Below are positions 1 through 11,299 of a DNA stretch of 54,132 nt, in pieces; positions within the stretch are counted from its first letter, which is position 1; each line of letters opens with the position of its first letter. This DNA comes from Rhizaria sp. SCN 62-66 (lineage: Eukaryota). Under the pieces are notes generated by a model. That model was not told where the DNA came from, did not search any database, and saw only the letters and a list, made by a program, of their open reading frames with translations. A program made the translations under genes and the position numbers. The stretch spans positions 1 through 54,132 of the forward strand of contig MEDY01000193.1 in the NCBI GenBank assembly GCA_001724265.1, in the 5' to 3' direction.

Positions 1-59
1 GACGGCGACGGCGGCGACGGCCACGACGGCGCTGCGGCCGAGGCCGAGGCGCGGGCGGG

Positions 60-94
<35 letters not shown>

Positions 95-2310
95 GCGGCG
101 CCCGCGACGACCGCGGGTTGGTGCGGGATGGCGACGACGACGACAACGAAGACGGCGGCGGCATGTTCCTGCTGCCGGCCCGCCACAGCGACGAGTCGAG
201 CTCGAGCTCTAGCTCCAGCTCTAGCTCCAGCAGCTCCAGCTCGAGCTCAGGCCGCCGCAGCCGCAGCAGCCGCAGCCGTGATAGTAGCAGCAGCGTCAGC
301 AGCCGCAGGCGCAGCCGTGTGAGCAGCCGCAGCAGTCGGATCAGCAGCAGCAGCAGCAGCAGCAGCGGCAGCATGCGTGACCGTGACCGTAAGCACCGCG
401 ATCGTGAGCGCGAGCGCGAGCGTCGTCGCCAGGCCCGCGAGAAGAATCGCGAAAAGGACCGTGAGCGTGAGCGCAGGCGCAGGACCAGGGGCCGCGCGCG
501 CCGCCGCGAAGAGGGCTCTGACACGGGTTCTCGCTCTCGCAGCGCCAGCAGGACAGATGGGCAGAGCCGCAGCAAAAGCGTCGGTCGTAGTCGCAGTGGC
601 GGTGACAGCCATAGCCGCAGCAGCAGTCGCGGCCGCGGCAGCAGCAGTGCGCTCAGCAGCAGCAGCAGTAGCAGCAGCAGCGGCAGCGACGGCGGCAGCC
701 ACAGCAGCGGTTACTACCAGCGCAAGCGCAGGCAGCAGCGCCGCCGCCGCCGCCAGCGCCAGCGCAGCCACCGCCGCGGCGCGGCGTCGGCCTCTGCCAC
801 GGCCTCCAGCGGCTCGAGCTCCGACTCTGACTCGCGCTCGTCTTTGTCCTCGACCTCGGTCTCGTCGACGTCACACGCACACTCGCGCTCGCACTTGTCG
901 CGCTCGCAGTCGCCGGCATCGTCGCCAGCGTCGGACGCGCTGTCCTGGTCGTCGCTCGAGCCCCGCTCCACGCGCGGCTCCCCCGCCTCCCTACTATGGG
1001 GCGCCGGCGCCGGCGCGGTGCCGCCGCGGCTCTGGCTGCAGGACTCGGCCGCGGCCGCGGCCGCTGCCTCGGTCGCTGCGTCCGCGGACGACGGCGATAG
1101 CAATAGCAACGCCATGTCCACCGCCGCTTCGGCCGCCGCTGCGACTGCGGCTCTGGCCACGGCTGGCGGTATCCCGGAGCTGCTGTTCCCGTTCCCGACC
1201 AACGAGCAGTACTACGGCGCCGCCGCGCCCGCGACTGCACCCGCGATTGCAGCGCCTGTGCTGGACTATATGCAGTCGCAGTCGCTCTCCGTCGCGCCCT
1301 CTCTAGCGCTTTCCCAAGCACACTCGCAAGCGCAGGCACAACTGCAAACTCAGACAGGTGCGGCGGTGACGGCAGCGCACCTCCAGCCATACGCGCTGCA
1401 GCCGCAGCCTTCGTACTTGACCGCGCTGACTGTGGGCACCATGGGTACTGCAGGTTCCACCGCGCTCATGGCGCACACAGGCTCTGGCACCGACGACGGC
1501 AGCAGCGGGGCTGGTCTTAGCAGCGGCGCTCTCAGCGGCCCCAGCGGCTCCGCTATGGGCGGCTCCGCTATGGCCGGCCGTCTGGACCCCGTCGCGCTGG
1601 CGGCGGCCGTGTTCTTGCAGGGCCAGGGCGGCGGCTCGTACCGCCAGGCTCTGCGCGCGCTGCTCTCGGCCTCGGCCACGGCCTCGGCGACCGCCGCCGG
1701 GACCGGCAAGGCTGACCGTGACCGTGAGCGTGACCGCGACCGCGAGCGCGACCGGGCGCGGGGCAGCGGCAAGGATCGCAGGGGCAGGGCCAGTCGCAAG
1801 GGTAAGGGCCGCGAGCGTGACCGTGAGCGCGACCGCGAGCGCAGGCGCGGTGCCAAGTCCTCTCGCCGCGAGCGTGAGCGTGATCGTGATCGTGACCGTG
1901 ACAGGGCTCGCGGCGCCCGCAGCACCCGCGCACGTGACCATGACCGTGAGCGCGACCGTGGGCGCGAGGGTGGCAAGCCCAGTCTGCGCCTCCGCACCCG
2001 CCGCAGCCGGAGCCGCAGCCGCAGTCGAAGCCGTAGCCGGAGTCGTAGCCGCAGCCGCCTCGGCCGCCGCGAGCGCGACCGCGAGCGTGAGCGCGATCAA
2101 GAGGAGGAAGAGGAGACTCAGCAGCAGCAACAGCAACAGGACCAGAGCCCGCCATTCTGGGGCGAATCCCCCCAGCAGCAGCAGCAGCAGCGGAGCGCGC
2201 TGGCCCGCGGCGCCCGAAGCGCCCGCGGCCGCCGCTCAGGCCCCGGGCTCCGTTCCACCCGACCCGCGGGCCCCCCGCCGCGCGCCGCCGCCGCCGCTGC
2301 CGGCAAGCGC

Positions 2311-2345
<35 letters not shown>

Positions 2346-5300
2346 ACGGTCACGTGGCTCGGCGGTGTCGTTGTCAGTGCTGGTGTCCTCGCTCTCGGCG
2401 TCGCCTGTTAACAGCTTCCGCGGCGGCGACTTCGACCTCGACTATGACGCGGACCACAACACGAGTAGCGACGTCAACGTGCACAGCCGCGACGGCCGGC
2501 TCGCCGGCAGCCGCAGCGGCAAGAACGCCACCAGCAATGACGACTACTACACGAGCGGCGTTGCCCCCGGTGACCGTGGCGGCGACCGCGCTGACGCCAG
2601 GTTCGGTGTTGCGCCGCCGCTGCGCCCCTCAGCGCCCGCGACGGGGCGCCCCGGCAGCGTCAACGCTGCGGCCACCGGTGGCGCTGCCGGTGCGGCTACA
2701 GTGGGCACGCCCTTGGCGATCGAGATCATCTCAGACTCTGAGTCGGACTCCAATAACACAAAGAACAACAAGAGCAATAATAGCGTTGTTGTTGAGAACG
2801 CGACTGCCCCGGCTCCGCTGCTTTCCTTGCTCCGTGGCCGCTCCGCCACCGCAACGACGGCCACAGCCACGGCCTCGGCCTCAGCGGCTGAGAGCAGCTT
2901 CGACTCGGCTGCGGGGGCGGTGGAGCCTGCACCTGTGCCGCTGCCGGCCGCAGCGACTGGCGTCCCGGCAGCAAGTGGAGCCCCCGTGGCGGCCGTGGCG
3001 CGCCTGCGCGGCAGCCCCGTGCCTCTAAGGGGCAGCCAGCGCGGCGCTCAGGACAGCCCCGCCGTCGCCGCACGCTTGGCGACGCCCCTGGGTACCCCGC
3101 TGGGCTCGCCGCTGCTGCAGCTGCGCCAGTCGGCTCACGGGCCCGCGCCCGCGCTGGGCCCGGCGGCGGCGTACTACTCCAGCGGCCACGAGCTTAGCGG
3201 CACCGACACGGACGCCCACGCCGGCAGCGCCGCTCTCTCCAACGCGGGCGCGAATGTTGACGCGGTGGTCAGCACCGACGGCCGCAGCCGGCGCGCGTCG
3301 GCCGCGTCCGGCGCCTCGCCGCTGGTCACGCCCGCGATGACGCCCCACGGCTCGCCCTGGCTGGGCCCTTCGCAGCGGCTGTCGCAATCGCACGTCGCTG
3401 CTGCTGCCGCGGCTGCTGCTGCAAGCGCACCTCGCCACAGCAGTGCAGCGACCCGCGCTGCCGCTGCCGCTGCCGCCACGGCTGCTGCGGCGGCTAATGC
3501 AGCTGTCTCTCGCTCGCCCCGCGTCGCAGCGGCGGGCACGCCCGTCGCCGGTCCAGACAACAGGCCCCGTGACCGCGACCGTGACATCCGCGACTATCGC
3601 GATCGCGAGCGCGAGCGCGACCGCGACCAACGCACGCGTGACCGCGAGCGTGACCGTGACCGTGAGCGCGCCCGAGAGCGCGAGCGCGAGCGCGAACGTG
3701 AACGTGACCGTGAGCAGCGTCAACGCGAGCGCGACCGTGAGCGCGACCGTGAGCGTGAGCGTGAGCGTGAGCGCAAGCGTGCTACTCGCAGTCGCCGCGC
3801 CGCCGCCGCTGCCGCCGCTGCCGCCGCGCGCTCTGGCGGCGCCAAGCCGCCCCGCTCCGGCGCCGCGCCCGCTGCCGGCGGCACTACCCCCGCTCCCGCG
3901 GCTGCCCCAGGGACTGCGACTGCGGGCGCGGTGCCGCCGCGCTGGGACGCCGTGGCACTGAGCAAGCGCCAGGCGCTGCGGCGCTTCTGCGACCGCTCCT
4001 TTGCGCCGGTGCTGGCGCGCGCCGCCGCCGCGGTCGCTGCCGCGGCCACCGCGGGCGCGGGCGCGATTGCCGCGGCGTCGCCTGTGCCGTTGCCGCCGCC
4101 GCTGCGCGCCACGCTGGCCGCCGCGGGGCTCGCGGGGGATCCGCTGGGGTGCCGTGCCGCTTTGCCCGCGCTGTCCCGCGCGCTGGCCGCCGCGCTGCGC
4201 GGCCGCAGCCGCACCGCGGCGACAGCGATCGCGGCCGCAGCCGAGCTCGAGCGCGAGGGCGACGCGCAGACCGTCGCCAGCGCCGCGCGGGCCGGCGCCG
4301 CGCTCGCGCTCGCGCTGGGCGTGGCCACCACCACAGTCTCTCACTCCTCTCACGCCTCCGGAGCGAGCACCGGCGCCAGCGCGTCGGCGAGCACTGCCGC
4401 GGTGGTGTGGGCGCTGTTGCCGCCCGCGGCCGCCGCAGCGCTGGCCGCCACGCTGCGCCGCCTGCCCGCGCACCCCGCCACCGCCGCCTCCCCGCTTGCG
4501 CTCGGCGCCGCTGGCACTGGCACTGGCACTGGCTCTGGCTCTGGCTCTGCCGGCACGGGCGCGAGCGCGGCGGTTGCGACGGCGACGGCGACGGCTGCGG
4601 CTGCCGCGTCCGTGGCGGCGGCGGCGGCGCTGATGGGGACGGTGGCGGGCGCGGGGTTGGCCTACGCCGAGGCCGACGCCGACGCCGCGGCCGCGCTCGC
4701 CGCACTCGCTACGGGTGCCAGTCACAATGCGCGCGTGGGGGCGGCGGCGCACGGCGGCCCGGCTAGGCGAGGGCTGAGTGTGTACTTCGCCGAGGACGGC
4801 TACGACAACAGCAACAGCAACAGCCACCTTAACCAGCGCCAAAGCAAGAACAACAGCAACGTTAACGGCAGCAGCAACATGGTTGCAAGGCTTAGAGAGG
4901 CTGATGGCTACAGCGACAACGATGATGTCGCGGTCGATGACGGAGGCAACGCCAATTTCGCGAACAATAACGACGACGACGATGACAACGGTGACGTCCT
5001 TAACGGCGCCGCCGACGACGACAATGATGTTAACGACGACATTGACGGCGACGACATTGACGGCGACGGCGACGACGTCGGCGTTGAGGATGGTTTTGAG
5101 CACGACGGCGACTTCGACGCGCCAGAGCCCGACACTGAACCTCAGGACGGCGATGACGGCGACAACGCTGACGGTTTTGGCGATGGTGATGTTGATGATG
5201 TCGACGTCGACAACGACGGCGACGACAGCAGCAGTCTGTACGCCTCCGCCAGCACATACACCGACGGCTTCAAGGAGGACTCGGCGTCTTACCTGGATGC

Positions 5301-8300
5301 CGGCACTCTAACCCCCGGCACGCTCACTCCTGGCACTCTGACGCCCGCGCCCTCGGTCCGCGCACTGCGCGCGCTCCCCCGCACAGCCACAACAACGTCC
5401 ACAGCAACCAACGCCGCAACTGTGACCGACGCGGTGACCGGCGCAGCGAATGTCAGCGCGTCGCCGCGTGTTCCCACCGCAACCTCCGCATCGGCGAATG
5501 CAACTGCTGCGGCGGGGCCGGCTGTGGGCATCAGCGGCAGTAGCGGCGTCAGCGGCGGCAGCGGGCGCGCGCTCGCAGCCGCGCGCACGCCCTCTTCGCG
5601 GCTGCCGACAGCGAAGAGCCTCGCCCCGCGCCCGCGGCCCTCGCGCGCACATGCCGCGCTGCAGCAACTGCAGCTACAGCAACAACAACAGCAGCAGCAG
5701 TCACTGCAGCAGTCGCAGGTGGCACTGATGCATCCGAGCGCGGACGGCGCGTCTGCGAATGCGACCGCGCGCGCCCCGCTGCCGCCGCTGCTGCCGCTCG
5801 CACACGCGCACGCACAAGCACTGATGCCGCCCTCCAGTGGCGTCGCCGGCGTGGCCGCGCCCTCGCTGCGGAGGCAGATGTCTTCCCAGTCGGCCACCAC
5901 AGCGGCGCGTACCCGCGAGCGCGCGCGCGCGCAGCAGCTGCAGCAGCAGGCGCAGCGGCAGCACCAGCACCAGCAGCGGCAGCTCCAGCACCAGCAGCGC
6001 GCCACCGCCGCCGCCGTCTCCGCCGCCGCGTCGGCCGCCACGGCCCGCCAGACAGAGCCGTTGGCGCGGTTTGGCGCTGCCGCGCTGGCCGCTGCGGCGG
6101 GGGCAGCTCTGGCGACTGCACCGCCCGCGCGCGCGCTCGCCGTGGCCGCCGACGCCGCGAGCGCCTCGGCCGCGGCCGCCGCGGAGGCCGAGGCCGACGC
6201 CGACGTCGCGACAGTGGGCGGCTATCCCCCCGCATTGGGCACCCTCCGTGCCTCTGAGACTGCTGCGACAGTCAACGCAGGAACTCCCATTGCTGCTGCT
6301 GCTTCTGAGACGTATCTAGCTGCAACAACAGCGGGTGTTGCTATAAACAGCGCTCACATCAACGCGCATGTCGTTCCCGCGGCTGCCACTCCACTCTCGG
6401 TCTCCGCACCCGCCTCTGCACCCGCGTCTGCGCCCGCGCGTCCGCCGCCCGTGCTCGTGGCCGGCGCCGCTTTGAGCTTCCATGAACAAGACCTCGGTCA
6501 CAGCTCCGACCCGTCTCCCCCGCTGCCGCGCGCGCTGATGCAGATGCAGACACAGACTGGCCCGGCGACTGCGTTGTTGCCTCGGCACACGGCGCTGGAG
6601 ATCGTCGAGGTTACAGACAGCGACGACGATGAGAACGGTAACGGCGGCGACGCCGGTAGCGGCAGCGGTTCCGGCAGCAGCAGCGGGGGCTGGGGCGCAG
6701 CCGCCGCGGCTGCTGCTGCTGCCGCGGCCGCGGCCGCAGCGGCAGCCATGGCCGCGGTCGTGGCCGCCGGCGACAGCGACGACGATGGCGCAGCCATAAC
6801 ACCCACGCAACCGCAGCCGGCGGTTACTGCTGCAGCCGCTGCTGTAGCGCCGAGCGGCGCCGCCCCCGTCGCGGTGCGCGCGCGCAGAGCGGCCTCGGTG
6901 GCGACCGCGCAGACGCCCGTGACGTACAAGCACAAGGCCAAGCAGCAGGGCGTTGGCGGCGGCCACGGCCACGGGTCCGGGCCCTGGTACAGCCCCGCCG
7001 TGCGCAGCGCCGCCGCCGCCACGGCCGCGGTCGCCGTCGCCGCCGCCGCCCCAGCTTCGGCAGCGCCCGCACACCGCCAGGCGCCCGCTTCGAAGCGTCT
7101 GCCTGTGCCTTTGCTGCAGCAGCAGCAGCCGGTTGCGAGTGTCAGTTCTAACTCCGCCTCGGCACCCGCGGCCAGCGCCGCCGCCGCCGCCTCTGCGGCC
7201 TCCGCCGCCGCCGCGTCGACGCCGAGTGCGTTCGCGTACGGACTGGACCCGGTCTCTGGCGCGCCCGTAGTGTTCCTTGACCCGCCTGCAGCGTGGCCGC
7301 AGCTGCGCGTGGCCGCCGCGGAGCTCCTGCTTTCGCGCGGCGTGGCCGCAGTCGTTACTGCCGCACGGCCCTGGCTGCAGGCCGCCGCGCCCGCCGCCGT
7401 GCGTGCCGCTGTCGCCGCCGCCGTCGAGGCCGAGGCCGCCGCCGAGGCCGCAGAGGCCGCCGCGGCGCGTCAGCTCCAATCTCAGCAGGAGAAACAACAC
7501 CAGCAGCAGCAGAGACAGCGCATGCGTGCAATGAAGCCGCCGGTGCTGGCGCTCGCGCGCACGATTGCCAGCTCAGCCTCGTCTTCGTCCTCGGTTGTAA
7601 CTGCGGCCGCGGCCGCATCTGACGTCGCCGCAGGCTCGCCGCAGCCGCCACAGCCGCCGCAGCCGCTGGTGCCGCGGCTGACGCCGCCCGCGGGCCAGCG
7701 CTCGCTCTCGAACCCCTCAAGGGCGCTGCTGGCCGCCGCGGGCCCCGAGGCCAGCGGCGCCAACAGCGAGGACGACGACAGCGACGACCACGTCACGGGA
7801 CTGGGCAGGCACCACGACAGCGGTAGCAACAGCGGCCACCCTGCCGTCGTTGCTTCTACCGCCGTTGCAGCCGCACAGTCGTCGTTCGCGGCGCTGCTGC
7901 TCTCGTCGCAGGCGCGCGCGTCGTCACAGTCGTTGCTGTCGTCGCTGTCGTCCGCTTCTTCGCCCGCGCTCGCGCTGCGCCTGGCCGCGCCCGCGGCCGC
8001 CGCCGCCGTCGCCGCCGCCACGGTCCGCGCACTGCGCCGCCTCTCGGGCTCCTTCGCGCGCCGCCTTGCGCTGCCCGTGGTGATGACTTCGGCCGCCGAG
8101 GCGGCGGCGCTGGCCGCGGACCCGCCGCTGCGCGCGGCGGTCGCGGCGCTGCACTGGCGAGCCGTGGGCCGCTGGTGGCCCGCACGCGGCGTGACACTCG
8201 CTGCGCTGCGGCACGTGCGCCATCTGCTACTCGTCGTCGCCGCCGAGTGCGACCTCGAGCTCTCCACGGCTGCCGCCGCGTACGTCTACGTCGAGCGGCT

Positions 8301-10534
8301 CGTGCTGCGCCGGCAGGCCTCGCGCGGCAGCCTGCGCCGCGCCGCCGCCGCCGCGCTCCTGCTCGCGTGCAAGTGGAACCAGGTACGGAGGAAGCTATCG
8401 AGACGCTTTTGATAAGAAATTTACGCAAATCCACTGAGTATAAAATTAAATAGTGTTATCAAATCATATTCCACTCACAGCAACCCTATATCTTTTGTTA
8501 TTTATTTTTTCCCCCTTGTAGGGCGGCCTTGTGGCTGGTGGCGGCGCCTTCGCGCCCCCCGCGACAGCGACCGCGGCACACGCGAGCGCGCTGCTCGAGG
8601 CTGAGGCCGCCGTGCCGGCCGTCGCCGGCGCGGCCGTGCCGGGCTGCTGGCGCTGGGCTGCCGGGGCCGCCGCGCCCTGGGCCTTGCCCCCCACTGCACC
8701 GACGATTGCGGACTCGGCCAGTCAGAGCAGCGATGTTTTCAGCAGCAGTGGCTTTGCCTTCACTCAAGACCCGCTTGGCATTAGCCGCGGCGGGCTCTAT
8801 CAGCAACACCAGTCTTCATTCTCGTTTTCTAGCCCCCACAGCTTTGAGCAGCCCCACCTGCTACAGCAGCAGCACAACGCTGCCACATTCAGCTTCCTCT
8901 CGCCTCCCTTCTTCGCCCCGGCTGACAGCACCGCTGCTGCGTCTGCCAACGCCCAGGGCGACCTGTACGCTGCAGGAGCGGGAGCGGGAGCGGCGACGAC
9001 TGCGCCAGCGGCTACTGCGCCGGCGGCGGCGGTCCTGACCGCGAGTGCGGCCGCGCGCGCGCGCTACTACGATGGCACCTTCGAGCGCCACTTCGCCGCT
9101 CTTGCCGACAGCCTCTACAACGCTCAGAGCGGCGGCAGCTCGCTGCTGCCCTCAGCTTCGGCGTACGCGTTCGGCAGTGCGTACGGCGTGGCGTCGCCCG
9201 TGGCCGCCAGCGCGAGCGCGCCGTCGCTGCGGCAGCAGTATACCCTGTACAACAACACCAACACCAACAGCAGCAGCAGTACTAACACTCTCAACACCAC
9301 TGCCGCCGCTGCTGCTGCCTCCGCCGCTGCCGTCGGGCTGGCGTCCAATGCGAGCGCTCTCGGCCATAGCTACGGCGGCAGCTACGGCTTCGGCGCCGGC
9401 GGGCTCAGCAACGGCTACAACGGCTACAACAACAGCTACAGCAGCGGGCTCAGTAGCAGCAACAACAACAGCAACCCCGTCGGCCTGTGGCATTTCTACT
9501 CCCCCGCGGCCATCGGCGCCACAGCCGCCTCTGCCTCGGCTGCGGCCGCCTCGGCCGCCGCTGCCGCTGCCGCGGCTGCGCTGGGCGGGGTGGACAGCGC
9601 CGCGCTGGCGGCGTCCACCTCCGCGGCCGCCGCGCTGGCGCTGCACCGGCGATGCTACCCCGGCGCGCCCGCCACCGAGGGCCCCGCCGCCGCCGCCTGG
9701 GGCCGGCTCGCCGCTGAGCAGCGGCAACAGCTCCAGCTGCTGCAGGAACAGCATCAGCAGCAACAAGAGCAGGACGACGCGAGCGGTGCCGCTGCCGCCG
9801 CGGTGGCCGCTTACGCGCGCGCGGCGGCGGCGCTGGCCGGCACTGAGGGCGTGACTGTGTCGCCTGAAGCCTGTCTGTCGCCGCTCGCTGCCGCCGTTGC
9901 CGCCCTCACCAGCAGCAGCAGCAACAGTGGTGCGTTGCAGTCGCTGCCGCTGCTGCCCCTGCCCGGCGCGCTGGCGTGGTCCTTCGGCTCGCCCCTTGCC
10001 CGCGCCGCCGCCGTTGCCCGCGGCCGCGAGGGTCCTGCGCCCTACGCAGCCGTCGCCACTGCAGCCGCTGCCGCTGCTGCCGCTGCTTCTGCGGGCGCTG
10101 GTGGCTCTGCCTTTGCCGACCAACAGTCCGAGGCAGGCGCCCTTGCAGGCGCAGGCGCAGGCGCAGGGACTGGCATTGGCGCTGGTATGGGCGTCGGCTT
10201 TGGCGTTGGCTCTAGCGTCCCTGGCGCTGGCGGCGCGGCGCTGGCTCCCGTGGCCGGCGGCGCCGCGGCGGTGTTGTCGTGGGACCGGCAGGCGACGCGC
10301 GCGCTGTTGCGGAGCGTGGAGCGGCACCTGCGCGTGCCCGCGGCGGCCGCGGCGGCGCTCGAGCTCCCTGTGCTGGCTGCGCTCGGCTTCGATCTCTCGG
10401 TCGCGCCCGCGCAACTGCGGCCGCACGTCGCGCAGATGGGCGTCGATCTCTACGGCGGGCTCGCGTCGGGCCCGCTGTCGCGCCGGAGCACGCGCTGGAG
10501 CGAACAGGTCCGCACCAAGATGAACTGGGAGTGA
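1..10534 (+). CDS. Giant low-complexity CABLES-like (cyclin-box) protein, >3460 aa, 5'-truncated by the window; exons <1-8382 and 8522-10534
   Basis: Frame 1 is open from base 1. A GTACGG..TAG intron (8383-8521, AT-rich) joins it in frame to ORF 8531-10534, which ends in TGA. TLAALRHVRH..ECDLELSTAAAAYVYVERLVL..AAAALLLACKWN and RALLRSVERHLRV..LELPVLAALGFDLSV..LRPH match the two halves of the CABLES C-terminal cyclin-like box. Confidence 0.78.
376..3780 (+). repeat. Coding microsatellite-like blocks (GACCGT/GAGCGC, CGCAGC, CGGTCT) encoding RD/RE and RS dipeptide tracts
   Basis: Blocks near 376-480, 1714-1960, 2001-2100, 2308-2355 and 3568-3780 translate to RDRERDRE and RSRSRS runs. Confidence 0.85.
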
Positions 10535-11299
10535 GTTGGGGTGACTAGTGAGCGCGCAGGGATGGTCTTAACTGGTGAAATGATCTTGCTAGTGAACGCA
10601 TGACGAGTCGTGACAAAAGAATTACAGAATTAGAACGATTAATATTTAAGAATGATACATAAGACAAGTTTATTTCATCGCAACAAGGGTTCTTGAATTT
10701 TATGGTTTCGTTGCATCGCCAATGGAAGAGTGTCACTGACGAAATGTTTGATTTTGGAAATATCCGGCTTGTATTGCATTATTCATCGCTATCATTGTCA
10801 GCAATCTTGGTCTAACTATTAAGCAGACAAGACGGCGCATCATCAGCAAGCACAGCGGAAACACACTGGCAGTTGTCGCAGACTGAGAGAGAAAGCGTCT
10901 CGCGTTCATTGGAGTCGCCCTCGCATCGCCGGACATCTGCCGTACGTAGTACTCGCAGCATCAAAGTGCGTGTTATGGGAAAGCAGTGGTTGGTGGCCAT
11001 TACTACTCAAAATCGCACGTTAGAAACGTACTTGTTGTAACTAAATCTGATGCACTTACTCATCCGTCGCCACAGTCCTCAAACTTTCATTTCCCCCTAT
11101 CAAACTCAAAAACCTTTAAAATGCAATCATTCTTTTGTTGTCCTTCGTTTGTTTCATATTAACATATACACATCATCATAAGACCACTATAAAAACTAAC
11201 TCTAACATACCAAGCTGAAAAAAACTCCCCCTCATTCTCTCTCTTTACAAATTGTCGTCCCCTTCAAGAAGTGAAGCCGCTTCGACAAATTAGATCGCT

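Noticed and set aside
8383-8412. ORF-track stop of the 2764-aa ORF (TGA at 8412) and similar stops at 30494, 37377 and 43449
   Set aside because: These lie inside AT-rich introns that begin with GTACG. In-frame splicing restores the conserved domains, so they are neither gene ends nor readthrough sites.
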